A stretch of DNA of 64,000 nt. It comes from Thermodesulfobacteriota bacterium. Its GTDB lineage: Bacteria; Desulfobacterota_D; UBA1144; Nemesobacterales; Nemesobacteraceae. Below are positions 28,396 to 38,671 of the stretch, piece after piece. The stretch lies in assembly GCA_965202785.1 (NCBI GenBank), contig OZ241855.1:1568001-1632000 (forward strand), read 5' to 3'. The notes beneath the pieces were generated by a model, which saw only the letters and a list, made by a program, of their open reading frames with translations, was not told where the DNA came from and ran no database searches. Both the position numbers and the translations under genes were made by a program. Numbering within the stretch: the stretch's first letter is position 1; each line of letters opens with the position of its first letter.

Positions 28396-29260
28396 CAGGC
28401 TCGCCCTGTTCCAGGCCCGCCTAGTCGAAACGGAACTTCGCACTGCATTCCCTTCACTTGAAACGGAAATAAAGGAAATAAAAACTTTGGGGGATATAAA
28501 CCCCAAAGAAGATATCTCCCGGATGGGCGGCAAGGGCGTCTTCGTAAAGGAAATCGAACAGAGCCTTCTCTCTGGTGAGGTAGACATTGCCGTTCACAGC
28601 ATGAAGGACATGCCCTCGGTTCTTCCGGACGGGCTCGTCGTAGGCTCTGTGCTTAAAAGAGAAGACCCGAGAGATGTTTTTATCTCAGCGGACGGCCGCA
28701 CCCTTGAGCAACTCGGAGGAAAGGGCAGGGTGGGGACCGGAAGCATAAGAAGAAGAGCTCAACTGCTTTTCAGGTTTCCTAACCTCGAAGTCGTTCCCAT
28801 AAGGGGAAATGTCGATACTAGACTAAAGAAAATTTTCTCAGAAAACCTTGACGGAATCGTTCTGGCCGCAGCGGGACTCAACCGGCTCGGGCTTTCCGAA
28901 CGCATTACCCAGCATCTTGCGCAGGATTACATGGTTCCGGCTCCATGTCAGGGAATAATCGCCATAGAATGCAGAAAAGATGATACGGAAACCAGAAACC
29001 TGATATCCGCAATCACGCACGCAGACACAGAAACCGTAGCGGCATTTGAACGCTCTTTTCTAGAAACTTTTGGCGGAGACTGTCAAATTCCGCTTGGATG
29101 CTGCGCGCGAGTGCATCTTGGAAAAATATCGGCACATTCTGTTTTTATAGATATGGAGGAAAAGACAGTTTCCAAGAACACTTGGAAGTGCGATTCGGAA
29201 AAAGCATCCGCTGAAGGATCCCTTATGGCCAAGGACCTTATGGAACGGGCAGGGCTTTAA
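28364..29260 (+). CDS. hemC: Hydroxymethylbilane synthase
   Basis: GTRGSRLA, GKGVFVKE, VHSMKD, RGNVDTRL, GGDCQIP. Confidence 0.96.
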   Translation: MTKLRIGTRGSRLALFQARLVETELRTAFPSLETEIKEIKTLGDINPKEDISRMGGKGVFVKEIEQSLLSGEVDIAVHSMKDMPSVLPDGLVVGSVLKREDPRDVFISADGRTLEQLGGKGRVGTGSIRRRAQLLFRFPNLEVVPIRGNVDTRLKKIFSENLDGIVLAAAGLNRLGLSERITQHLAQDYMVPAPCQGIIAIECRKDDTETRNLISAITHADTETVAAFERSFLETFGGDCQIPLGCCARVHLGKISAHSVFIDMEEKTVSKNTWKCDSEKASAEGSLMAKDLMERAGL

Positions 29261-29370
29261 CGGCAAAATCCCCCTAGAGTTTAAAATCTGGTTGTTTCAG
29301 ATCCTCTTCCCGGCATCTACCGGCACAGGACCCGGGAACAAAAGTCAGCATAACCCCAAAGGTGTTTTGC

Positions 29371-29398
29371 TTGACATAATCGGTGTCTTGATTACAGT
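29371..29398 (+). promoter_or_regulatory. sigma70-like promoter of tRNA
   Basis: TTGACA-16 nt-TACAGT upstream of the tRNA. Confidence 0.5.
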
Positions 29399-29418
29399 TT
29401 TCGGTTCATTGCTTCTGT

Positions 29419-29495
<77 letters not shown>

Positions 29496-29672
29496 ATCCA
29501 CTGCTCTATAGCCTTTTTGAGAATTGCAATCACCCCTTCACAGCATTACTCTGAGAAATTCACGATGCTAATGGGGGATTCTTGTTTCTTTTTTAAGCCT
29601 GCTCGGGTTATAATTTGCCATTAAGAGGGTTCTTTTTCGAACCCTAACTTCCGTAAAAAGGGTGGTATCTCT

Positions 29673-31544
29673 TTGCTTGTTATGGTGTCCCTTGCCCTGG
29701 TGCTGGGAGTAATCGGTCAGATGCTCTCCATCAGGACAGGGTTTCCAAGTATCGTATTTTTTCTCATTTTCGGGGTTCTCGTAGGACCGGAATTCTTATC
29801 TCTGGTCCATCCCTCGGAGTTCGGAGAAGGGCTTGAAGTAATAATAAAGCTCTGCGTGGCGATAGTTCTTTTCGAAGCGGGACTTAACCTGAATAAAGAA
29901 GATGCGCTCAGTCACGGAAACATAATACTGCTGCTGATAACCGTGGGCGGGGTGATTACGATGATAGGCGGAGCGGTCTTCGCGCGCTTTGTGGCCAATC
30001 TTTCCTGGGAAATGGCCTTTGTTTACGGTTCTCTGGTCATAGTAACCGGTCCCACGGTCGTTCAGCCCCTGCTGAGGAGATTCAAGGTCAAGCCCAACCT
30101 GAAGCACATACTTGAGTACGAAGGAGTGCTGATTGATCCCATTGGAGCCCTGATAGCTATTTTTGTAGTTGAGGTAGTCCTCATCGAAAGTGCCCTTACC
30201 GCATCCGGACTGGTTCTCGGATTTGGAGGCCACATGATGGAGATAGGTCAGGTAGTGCTTCTTGTCGCCTACAAATTTATAGTAGGAGGGGTTTTGGGTT
30301 TTCTCGGAGGTTATGCTGCGACTTTCGCAGTCAAGAGATTCTATATCTACATGGAAGATTTTGTAGATCTTTTCATGCTTGCCTCCGCGCTTGCCGTCTA
30401 CGGGTTTGCCGAGATGTTGGCTCCGGAGGCCGGACTTGTAGCGGCCATTGTTTCCGGAGCTATAATCGGAAACCTGAATATTCCAGAGGAAGAGGAAATG
30501 AAGAAATTCAAGGGCAAGCTTACGATTCTCGTCATTTCCCTGCTTTTCATTTTTCTTGCGGCAAGCCTTGAACTTGACTACATAAAGGACCTAGGCATCT
30601 ATGGCCTTCTGGTCGTGTTCGGTCTGCTTTTTGTTGTACGTCCGGTGGAAATATTTCTTCTCTGCGTGCGTTCCAGCCTTTCAGTCAGGGAGAAGCTGTT
30701 TCTCTCGTTCGTTTCCCCAAGAGGAATAATTGCCGCGTCAATAGCCTCGATTATCGCTCTGGAACTGCACCAACATGAAATTGAAGGGGGCAATACCGTC
30801 CAGGGGCTGGTTTTTCTCACAATAGCAATCTCGGTTCTGCTCCAGGGGGGTGCGGGAGGCTTTGTATCGAGAGTGCTCGAGGTTAACGATAAAAGAAACA
30901 AGGTGGTGCTGGTGGGAGCTAATAATTTCTCAAGACTTCTGGCAAAACTTCTTGAGAGAGCCGGCAAGGAAGTCTGCCTGATAGACACAAACAGAAGGCT
31001 TGTCGAGATCTCCAAGTCAGAGGGACTAAATGCGGTTGAAGGAAACAGCCTGACCGTGGACGGACTTGAGAAAACGGAGATTTCTTCCCCGGATACTCTC
31101 ATATCTCTTACAACGAGCGATCATGTGAACGTCCTTGCATGCCGTCTGGTTAGAATAGACTTCAAGGTCAACAGCGTGTGCGCACTTATAAACAGGATGG
31201 CAAGTCCTTCTGATATTGAGGACATGCAGAGATTCAGGGTTCCCCTTGCTTTCGGAAAAAAAATTGACGTAATGGACTTATATTCCAGAATTACCGAGCA
31301 GAAATATGTCGTTTTCAGGTCCCGGCTCACCAAAGAGACAATCGATAAAATGGATTTCGATAAATCGCTTACCGAACGTCTGATTCCACTTATCGTGGAG
31401 AGGGAAAGAACTGACGAAGTTTTTGTTTGTCATGAAGGCTTTAACCTCGAAGCGGGCGATATCATATCCATTCTGGATATGGATCCGCTTTTCTCGAGCC
31501 CCGATGTTGTCAGGGAAATGGAAAAAGAGCTAATTGAAGTGTGA
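29673..31544 (+). CDS. CPA1 (NhaP-like) cation:proton antiporter with C-terminal TrkA_N/RCK domain
   Basis: VTGPTVV, EGVLIDPIGA, PRGIIAA; C-terminal VVLVGAN...LIDTN...VEGN. Confidence 0.88.
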   Translation: MLVMVSLALVLGVIGQMLSIRTGFPSIVFFLIFGVLVGPEFLSLVHPSEFGEGLEVIIKLCVAIVLFEAGLNLNKEDALSHGNIILLLITVGGVITMIGGAVFARFVANLSWEMAFVYGSLVIVTGPTVVQPLLRRFKVKPNLKHILEYEGVLIDPIGALIAIFVVEVVLIESALTASGLVLGFGGHMMEIGQVVLLVAYKFIVGGVLGFLGGYAATFAVKRFYIYMEDFVDLFMLASALAVYGFAEMLAPEAGLVAAIVSGAIIGNLNIPEEEEMKKFKGKLTILVISLLFIFLAASLELDYIKDLGIYGLLVVFGLLFVVRPVEIFLLCVRSSLSVREKLFLSFVSPRGIIAASIASIIALELHQHEIEGGNTVQGLVFLTIAISVLLQGGAGGFVSRVLEVNDKRNKVVLVGANNFSRLLAKLLERAGKEVCLIDTNRRLVEISKSEGLNAVEGNSLTVDGLEKTEISSPDTLISLTTSDHVNVLACRLVRIDFKVNSVCALINRMASPSDIEDMQRFRVPLAFGKKIDVMDLYSRITEQKYVVFRSRLTKETIDKMDFDKSLTERLIPLIVERERTDEVFVCHEGFNLEAGDIISILDMDPLFSSPDVVREMEKELIEV

Positions 31545-31558
31545 GAGGTGAGGAGAAG

Positions 31559-31795
31559 ATGAGTTCCGAGATGAAGTCCTTTGAAAACCTGCTTGATGAA
31601 ATAAAGAAAATCGTCGAGACGCTTGAGGCGGGGAAACTGCCTCTTGATGAATCCATTGAAAAATTCGAACGCGGCGCAAGCCTTATAAAGGAATGTTATT
31701 TAAATCTTGAGAGCGTAAAAAAGAAAATAAGCCTCATAGTGGAAAAAAACGACGGTACTTTTGATCTTGAAGATTTCGGCGACGAAGAGCAGTAA
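31559..31795 (+). CDS. xseB: Exodeoxyribonuclease VII small subunit
   Basis: SFE...IVETLEAGKLPLDESIEKFERG. Confidence 0.92.
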   Translation: MSSEMKSFENLLDEIKKIVETLEAGKLPLDESIEKFERGASLIKECYLNLESVKKKISLIVEKNDGTFDLEDFGDEEQ

Positions 31796-32689
31796 ATGAG
31801 TTTTGACACAAGAGATTATCTCTACAGAAGAAAAGAGATCATTGACCGTAGTCTGCGCGAATATCTGCCTCTGGATAAGGCTGAAACAAAACTCCATCAA
31901 TCAATTGCCTACAGCATCAATCCGGGCGGAAAAAGACTAAGACCGATCCTTTGTCTCGCCGCCGCGGAGCTTATATGCGGAAGCCATAAAAACGTTCTGC
32001 CTGCGGCGTGCGCGATTGAGATGATCCACACCTATTCCATCATTCATGATGATCTCCCCTCAATGGATGATGACGATACCAGAAGAGGAAACCCGTCAAA
32101 CCACAAAGTTTTCGGAGAAGCCGTGGCCACGCTGGCGGGAGACGCTCTTTTAACCGACGCCTTCAGCCTGATAACGGAAAGATTCCTCGAGCAGGGTGGG
32201 TCGTCGGAACTTATACTGCGGGTTATTTCCATTATTTCCGAGGCCGCGGGATCGAAGGGAATGGTTCTCGGGCAGGCATTTGACCTTGAAATGGATGGAG
32301 ACGAACATCCATCCGTTAGCGAAACTTTGAATACCTACATGATGAAAACGGCAAAAATGATCACGGCATCCGTTCTTAGTGGAGCAATTCTCGCCGGAGC
32401 GAAGGAGAAAGAACTTCAGAAGCTTGAATCCTATTCGGAGAAAATAGGTATCGCCTTTCAGATAAAAGACGACATCCTGGATGTTACGGGAAACCACGAC
32501 ACGACACGGAGTCCAGAAGTCAAAACCGAACCCAAGAAACACACCTACGTATCGATTATGGGGGTCCAGGCATCAAACGCGAAGGTCTCCGAGCTCACAA
32601 ACCAAGCCATAGGAGAGCTTGAGAGTTTTCAGAGAACTCCAAATCCTCTAAGAGAAATAGCTATCTGGTTAAGTGAAAGAGAAGAGTAA
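31796..32689 (+). CDS. ispA: Polyprenyl (farnesyl) diphosphate synthase
   Basis: GGKRLRP, HDDLPSMDDDDTRRG, GQ.FD, KT, FQIKDDILD. Confidence 0.9.
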   Translation: MSFDTRDYLYRRKEIIDRSLREYLPLDKAETKLHQSIAYSINPGGKRLRPILCLAAAELICGSHKNVLPAACAIEMIHTYSIIHDDLPSMDDDDTRRGNPSNHKVFGEAVATLAGDALLTDAFSLITERFLEQGGSSELILRVISIISEAAGSKGMVLGQAFDLEMDGDEHPSVSETLNTYMMKTAKMITASVLSGAILAGAKEKELQKLESYSEKIGIAFQIKDDILDVTGNHDTTRSPEVKTEPKKHTYVSIMGVQASNAKVSELTNQAIGELESFQRTPNPLREIAIWLSEREE

Positions 32690-33440
32690 AACGAGGCTTG
32701 ACAGCCTTCTTGTCGAAAAAAATCTGGCCCAAAGCGGAAATCAGGCGCGAGCGCTTATAATGTCGGGTCGGGTTACGGTGGACGGGAAAAAGGTAGAAAA
32801 ACCCGGAACGGCGGTAAAAAAAGATTCCGAAGTTGTTGTGGAGCATGACCCCAGAAAATTCGTAAGCAGGGGAGGGCTTAAGCTTGAGAAGGCAATAACG
32901 GAGTTCGATATAGATATAGGGGGAAAAGTCGCTCTTGACATAGGGGCTTCTACCGGGGGCTTTACAGACTGTCTTCTGCACTTCGGAGCATCCAGAGTCT
33001 ATGCGTTTGACGTGGGCCACGGGCAGATCGACTGGAAGCTTAGAAATGACAAACGGGTCATAGTAAGAGAGAAGATAAACTGCAGGTACCTGCGGGCAGA
33101 AGATGTCGGAGAAAAAGTCGACGTAGTCACAGTCGACGTTTCTTTTATTTCGCTCACGATGATAATAGAACCCGCCGTTTCCGTGCTTGCCGATAACGCA
33201 ACGCTGATTGCCCTGATAAAACCCCAGTTCGAGGTGGGCAGAAAAGACGTTGGAACGAAAGGGATAGTGAGAAACGAAGATAAAATCAAAGAAGTTAACG
33301 ATAAAATAATATCTTATCTTAATGAGTTAGGATTTAAAGTTAAAGGTTTGGTTGAATCTCCTATAAAAGGATCCGGAGGCAACAGAGAGTTCCTGGTCTG
33401 CGCCTCATGGTCTGCGCCTACTTCTTCCCCCAGTCCTTAA
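32673..33440 (+). CDS. tlyA: TlyA-family rRNA methyltransferase
   Basis: S4 domain, [34 protein letters not shown]. Confidence 0.94.
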   Translation: MKEKSKTRLDSLLVEKNLAQSGNQARALIMSGRVTVDGKKVEKPGTAVKKDSEVVVEHDPRKFVSRGGLKLEKAITEFDIDIGGKVALDIGASTGGFTDCLLHFGASRVYAFDVGHGQIDWKLRNDKRVIVREKINCRYLRAEDVGEKVDVVTVDVSFISLTMIIEPAVSVLADNATLIALIKPQFEVGRKDVGTKGIVRNEDKIKEVNDKIISYLNELGFKVKGLVESPIKGSGGNREFLVCASWSAPTSSPSP

Positions 33441-34062
33441 GAAACCTCTCAAGCCCTATGTCGGTGAGAGGGTGCTTGAACAGCTGGGTAAACACCCTGT
33501 AGGGGAAAGTGGCAACATCGGCTCCCATCTTGGCCGCTTCCACTATGTGCATAGGGTGTCTTACGCTTGCGACCAGTATCTCAGTCTCGTAGGCGTAGTG
33601 CGCGTAGACCTCGCAGATATCAAGTACAAGGTCCATTCCGCTAGACGACACGTCGTCGAGCCTTCCAACAAAAGGGCTTACGTAGGCAGCTCCAGCTTTT
33701 GCGGCCAAAAGCGCCTGAGAAGGAGAAAAAACAAGGGTAACGTTAACGTTTATCCCCTCGTCCGAGAGGGTTTTCGTAGCCTTTACACCATCCTCGGTCA
33801 TAGGAAGCTTGACAACTATATTTTCATCTATACCCGCAAGTTTCCTGCCTTCCGAAATCATCTCGGAATACTCGGTGCTCAGCACTTCCGCGCTTACCGG
33901 ACCCTTTACTATATCGCATATTTCCTTGACTAGGTCCTCGAAGCTTTCCTGGCTTCCCTCCTTGGAGACAAGTGAAGGGTTTGTTGTTACGCCGTCCACT
34001 ATTCCGAAAGCCGCGGCGCTCTTGATTTCTTCTAAGTTTGCTGAATCTATGAAAAATTTCAC
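33418..34062 (-). CDS. tal: Transaldolase (short FSA/TalC family)
   Basis: [42 protein letters not shown]. Confidence 0.9.
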   Translation of the reverse strand: MKFFIDSANLEEIKSAAAFGIVDGVTTNPSLVSKEGSQESFEDLVKEICDIVKGPVSAEVLSTEYSEMISEGRKLAGIDENIVVKLPMTEDGVKATKTLSDEGINVNVTLVFSPSQALLAAKAGAAYVSPFVGRLDDVSSSGMDLVLDICEVYAHYAYETEILVASVRHPMHIVEAAKMGADVATFPYRVFTQLFKHPLTDIGLERFLKDWGKK

Positions 34063-34338
34063 TTTCCTCTCCTCTTGCGGAAGTTCCGCTTTTCTTCGGT
34101 TTATGTTACTGAAACACAGTACATCCTCGGGAAGAAAATAACAGAAATAGACATTTTTTAAATGTTTCCGTTAATAGCACGCCGTTTGTCTGGAAGTATA
34201 GTACGCCTTTTTGTCCGGTTTTGCAGTAAAGGAGTTGTCCGGATTTATCTTCTCCATGCAAAGAGTAGATGCCCACGGACCGTAAAAGATTTCCGCACAA
34301 AGTCAAGTTAATTGACTCCCTACAGAAAAGCGGACAGG

Positions 34339-34368
34339 TTGAATTCATTAGTACTAATTGTTACAATT
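34339..34368 (+). promoter_or_regulatory. Promoter with overlapping palindromic operator candidates
   Basis: TTGAAT-17-TACAAT; ATTAGTACTAAT (34347-34358) in the spacer and AATTGTTACAATT (34356-34368) over the -10. Confidence 0.5.
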
Positions 34369-34402
34369 TATTTCTTAATTTTTTACAAGGAGGAGTAACT
34401 TG

Positions 34403-34699
34403 ATGAAATACATTACCGTTTTAATCCTGATCGCGGCCGCGATGCTGTTTGTTCAGATTCCGGCCTTTGCCTCCGGTTCCGCCGCCGCAGGTGATGGAGC
34501 GAGTCCCAGAAGCGATTACGCCAAGGGAAAAGCCATAACCTTCAACAAGCTTGTCTGCGATACCTGTTCCATGAAAAAAGCTGATTTGAACGGGGAAAGC
34601 GCCATGGTTCTCAAAAACAGCCTCGGCGAAATGGAAGAGCTCAGCAGCGAAGAGAAAGAACTTGTAAGCGAATTTCTCACTCGCCGTTACAAACTCTGA
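34403..34699 (+). CDS. Small secreted CxxC protein
   Basis: AGGAGGAG RBS, signal peptide (AFA), KLVCDTCSM. Confidence 0.75.
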   Translation: MKYITVLILIAAAMLFVQIPAFASGSAAAGDGASPRSDYAKGKAITFNKLVCDTCSMKKADLNGESAMVLKNSLGEMEELSSEEKELVSEFLTRRYKL

Positions 34700-34737
34700 T
34701 TCCGTATAGCACAAAAACAAAAGGAGAGGTGTTCAGT

Positions 34738-35598
34738 ATGAAAAAATTAAGTTTGATCGCAATTTCAGCAGTTATGGCAGTTTTCAGTTACCTGCCGCTT
34801 GCAAACGCGGGCAACTCCGCGTGGCTTCCCGCGCCCGGGGGAGGTTCGGTGTCGCTTTCTCTCATTTACCAGAACGCTGATAAGTACTACGCAGCTGATA
34901 ATGATGCAGCACCTGGAGCCCTTGCAGACGGTGATCTCACCCAGAAAACCGCCATGGTCAATATCAAGTACGGGCTGATGGATTACCTGGCTCTCGATCT
35001 GACGGTGGGAGGGTCGGAGGCTTCAAAACCCGGAGGGGGACCCAAGGAGTCTGACGATGAAAAGGGCCTTACGGACGTAACGGCGGGCGTGACGGTTCGA
35101 GTTGTTGACGAAGCCGTGACACCACAGCTGCCCAGCATCGCGTTTCGCGTGGGGGGAATCAAGTCCGGAAGCTATGATACGGGCTACATAAACTCAATCG
35201 GCGACGGGGGAGACGGGTTTGAGGTGTCCGGAATTGTCGGCAAGTTTCTCTCCGACAATTTCGCCGTATCCGGCGAGGTCGGTTACCGCGTGCGCAATGA
35301 AGACATTCCGGATGCCGTTTTCGCTAACGTTACCGGAAGCCTGTTTCTCGCGGACATGTTCGGGTTAAGCGTTAACTACACGATGGAGAACTCGACGAGC
35401 GGAATTGATCTCGGTTCGGAGGGATTTACTCCGGCACGTTTTCCCGAGATAGAAGAAGATGTTCACACTATCGGATCGACGCTCACATTCATTGTAGGGG
35501 GCGGGGCGAGCATAAGCGGCTCATACGCCAGGGTTATTGACGGGCGGAATACCGCGGAGTCCAACATCTTCGCCGTTTCTCTGGGTTACTCTTTCTGA
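34738..35598 (+). CDS. Outer-membrane beta-barrel protein
   Basis: Signal peptide (ANA), alternating amphipathic strands, C-terminal VSLGYSF BAM signal. Confidence 0.8.
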   Translation: MKKLSLIAISAVMAVFSYLPLANAGNSAWLPAPGGGSVSLSLIYQNADKYYAADNDAAPGALADGDLTQKTAMVNIKYGLMDYLALDLTVGGSEASKPGGGPKESDDEKGLTDVTAGVTVRVVDEAVTPQLPSIAFRVGGIKSGSYDTGYINSIGDGGDGFEVSGIVGKFLSDNFAVSGEVGYRVRNEDIPDAVFANVTGSLFLADMFGLSVNYTMENSTSGIDLGSEGFTPARFPEIEEDVHTIGSTLTFIVGGGASISGSYARVIDGRNTAESNIFAVSLGYSF

Positions 35599-35799
35599 CA
35601 TGCACGAAACAAGAGAGCGCGGGGGAAAAGACCTGTTTTCTCTTAAGCTGTTTTAATCTGCCCCGGAATTCCGGATGGGACTCAGATCGGGTTCTGTCTG
35701 GAATGCCGGGTTTTTTTCGCCCGGGCAGACAAAGAGCGCGGCCGGCGCATTCCAATCACGGATAATGTTCCGGGCAATTCCCCCCTGCCGAGCTGAAGG

Positions 35800-36666
35800 T
35801 CAGGGACAGTTAAGACTCCAGTCGTAGTCGTAATCTACAATTCCCTTGAAATCCTGAAGCCGACCTGCAAGCTTTTCATCTGCGTAACCGTGAAGATGGT
35901 TTATGATGTCCCGTTCGGTTTTACCGAAATCCTCTGAATACCACTGGTAGATGCTTGAGATGACAATTAAATCGTCTTCCATGAAGCTTGCCCCGCGAGG
36001 GTGATTAACATACTCTCGCGCCGCGGCTCTGAGAAGTCTTTTCGTGTTTTTTGCGGTAAAGGCCGTTTTAAGAAGACTGGGACAGCCGTAGCTCGCGCAG
36101 CTGAGGCCGTAGTGAATGAGGTTATCCTTCCAGACAGGGCGGAGGATGTCGTTTTCGATATTGTCAAGAGTCAAGTCCCGGCCGGCTACTTTCGCGTGTG
36201 CTTCCTTCCACGGACCCGAGCACTGTGAACCCGAAGCCCGGTCTCCGCACACGTCGCGTATTGATTTGACCGGGTAGGCGTCCACAATGAGTTTCACGGT
36301 AAGGGAGTTGTAGAGATTTATCCAGTAGGCTTTCTGCTCGGCTTTTGAATAATTTCTCGGGTCAAGCCGCTGCAGGTAATCAAGATAGCTTTCGAGCTTG
36401 ACCCTGTCCCGGGAATTCGCTTTCAGCGCCGCATAGTCAAATTTGTTTATGCCGGAAACGTGAACTTGCAGATACCCGTTCAGCACCTGTTGCCAGACAG
36501 TGTGATCAATTTCCTCCACGTTCGCCTCGTCTGCCGCATCCCAGAACGAAGTCGGAGTGGTTTTGCCCGATGCGGGGAACGCGCTCAAAACCAAAACCGC
36601 CAAGACAATAGAGATCAGGAACACAAGGGCAGCCGTTGTGTTCCTTGTAACGCCATGGGTTATCAT
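35800..36666 (-). CDS. DUF547 domain-containing secreted protein
   Basis: AYWINLYN, LTLDNIENDILR, IHYGLSCASYGCP, YDYDWSLN. Confidence 0.9.
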   Translation of the reverse strand: MITHGVTRNTTAALVFLISIVLAVLVLSAFPASGKTTPTSFWDAADEANVEEIDHTVWQQVLNGYLQVHVSGINKFDYAALKANSRDRVKLESYLDYLQRLDPRNYSKAEQKAYWINLYNSLTVKLIVDAYPVKSIRDVCGDRASGSQCSGPWKEAHAKVAGRDLTLDNIENDILRPVWKDNLIHYGLSCASYGCPSLLKTAFTAKNTKRLLRAAAREYVNHPRGASFMEDDLIVISSIYQWYSEDFGKTERDIINHLHGYADEKLAGRLQDFKGIVDYDYDWSLNCP

Positions 36667-36808
36667 ATGCGGTCTTACTTTCCTTTACAGGGTTAAATGA
36701 CTGATTACGCAAACAGTGAAAAAAAGGAATTTACGTGTTAGCTTAGGATACAATGATAGCATTGCCCTTAAAAATTAAAAACGGTTTTCCCGCTTTTTCA
36801 GAACTTCA

Positions 36809-38149
36809 GTGTCCATTCTGAACGGAGGCGCAGAATCTTCAGCCAGGTCTCGCCGCCTGACCGACATAGTCGGATTCTGGTGCGCCGCTGTCTATTTCGC
36901 TCTGGCCTTTTTTGCCCGGCAGCCGGGAGAACCCGCTCTGTCCCTGTTTTTTCTTCTGATGGCGTGCGCGGGACTGCCCGTATTCTTTCTCTATTTTTAT
37001 ATTTCCCGTCGCAAAGAGCGATTCCCGTTCGGTCGCGTGCTTCTGTGGGCAGTTGTATTCAGGGTCTGCGGTCTGTTCGGCGGACCTTTGCTCGAGGATG
37101 ACTTCTACAGATATCTCTGGGACGGCTACCGCTTCGCGACGACCGGCACGCCTTACGGCTTCGCCCCCGAGGCTTTCTTTGTTGATTCCACGGTTCCGGA
37201 ACTGTTTCGGGGAATCCTGGATCAGATAAACAATCCGGATCTGCCGACCATCTACGCCCCCGTCACCCAGCTTGTCTTCCTGCTCGGCTACGTCCTTTGC
37301 CCAGGCAGCGTAACCGCGTTGCAGGCGATTCTCATAGCATTTGATCTTGCGACCATAGTCCTGCTTTTTCGTCTTACATCTGCCGGCAACGTTATGCTGT
37401 ACGCATGGTGTCCGCTTGTAGTGAAGGAAATTGCTTTTACCGCACACCCCGACGGAGTCGGCATCTGCTTTCTGTTGGCGGCAATCGTGCTTGCCAGGAA
37501 CCGTCGATGGCAAAGCACCGCCATCTGCCTGGGAATGGCCGCCGGGGCCAAGGTGTTTGCACTGGTTCTGGTTCCGCTGGTGCTGCTTCGCGCCCGAATC
37601 AGACACTGGGTCCTGTGCGGGGCTACGGTCTTGGCATTGTACGCACCGTTTGTGCTGAGTGGCGGTACGGAGATGCAGTCGCTTCGGGTCTTCGCGCAGG
37701 AATGGGAATTCAATTCGGCACTGTTCGGCCTTCTTGCAAACTTCCTGGGAGCTTTCGAAACCAAGCTGGTGTTAGGCCTGATGTTCGCCGCCTTCTGGAT
37801 ATCTTACAGCGCGCGCTACCGTAAAGACGGCGCGGACTCCATACCGCGGGGCGACTGGCTTTACGGAGCGCTGCTCGTGGTGTCGCCGGTCATTAATCCG
37901 TGGTACCTGCTTTGGCTGCTGCCGTTTGCCGCCATATTTCCCAGCGCCTGGGCATGGACGGCCTCGCTCGCAGTCCTGGTCAGCTACGTAACCGGGCTTA
38001 ACCTGAATGAATACACCATGCAACCGTATCAGCAGCCGACATGGGCGCGATTGCTGGAATTCGCCCTGATTCTGCTGGCGCTGGGCTACGACGTGTTACG
38101 GCACAGGAGGCTAAACCAAAGACATAAACACGGGACAGGCAAATTTTAG
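36809..38149 (+). CDS. GT-C fold (GT87-like) membrane glycosyltransferase
   Basis: LEDDFYRYLWDG, PTIYAP, YAWCPL, SPVINPWY; polytopic membrane protein. Confidence 0.8.
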   Translation: MSILNGGAESSARSRRLTDIVGFWCAAVYFALAFFARQPGEPALSLFFLLMACAGLPVFFLYFYISRRKERFPFGRVLLWAVVFRVCGLFGGPLLEDDFYRYLWDGYRFATTGTPYGFAPEAFFVDSTVPELFRGILDQINNPDLPTIYAPVTQLVFLLGYVLCPGSVTALQAILIAFDLATIVLLFRLTSAGNVMLYAWCPLVVKEIAFTAHPDGVGICFLLAAIVLARNRRWQSTAICLGMAAGAKVFALVLVPLVLLRARIRHWVLCGATVLALYAPFVLSGGTEMQSLRVFAQEWEFNSALFGLLANFLGAFETKLVLGLMFAAFWISYSARYRKDGADSIPRGDWLYGALLVVSPVINPWYLLWLLPFAAIFPSAWAWTASLAVLVSYVTGLNLNEYTMQPYQQPTWARLLEFALILLALGYDVLRHRRLNQRHKHGTGKF

Positions 38150-38262
38150 GTTTGTTTAAGCGCTTGGCCCGTAAACTTGAACCCGTCACCGGCCGGCCCT
38201 GAATCTTACCCCAAGAAATTATTTGAAAAATATTGTAAAATTCTTTTTCGGCGGAGGTAAGA

Positions 38263-38598
38263 ATGGAGCTCTACATATCAATGAAGGCTGAGAACATAAA
38301 TCCAACCATGTTCAAGCATGTGACAATGGATATGCCTTCACCCCAGAATAACGGCTATTTCATCGCGGAATACAGGGAGGCCCAGGAAGAAAGAATACTC
38401 ATCCTTCACCAGTACTCTTCAATACTTGAAAAAAAGCTCCAGAAAGTCGGGTATTTTCTTGTGGAAAAATTCAACAACGGAATAATCGTCAAGAAAAAAG
38501 TTGATGAATCAAGAAATTACATGGACGAATGGGAAGAATGGGTGGAGTTTTCAAATGCCCTGCTTGAAGAATTTGAATCTTTTTTCGATGATGTCTGA
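38263..38598 (+). CDS. Hypothetical protein
   Basis: GGAGG RBS, 111 aa, acidic C-terminus; upstream of ileS. Confidence 0.65.
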   Translation: MELYISMKAENINPTMFKHVTMDMPSPQNNGYFIAEYREAQEERILILHQYSSILEKKLQKVGYFLVEKFNNGIIVKKKVDESRNYMDEWEEWVEFSNALLEEFESFFDDV

Positions 38599-38671
38599 TA
38601 ATCCGTTATAGGCGAACTTGCCGGAGACATGGGATTCCCCAGCCTCGCCGCAAATACTTCCACCAAATAAA

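Noticed and set aside
29496-29672. Integrative element at tRNA-fMet
   Set aside because: No integrase and no duplicated tRNA 3' end noticed; core genes follow.
34403-34699. Canonical cytochrome c
   Set aside because: The motif is CDTCS, lacking the His of CxxCH.
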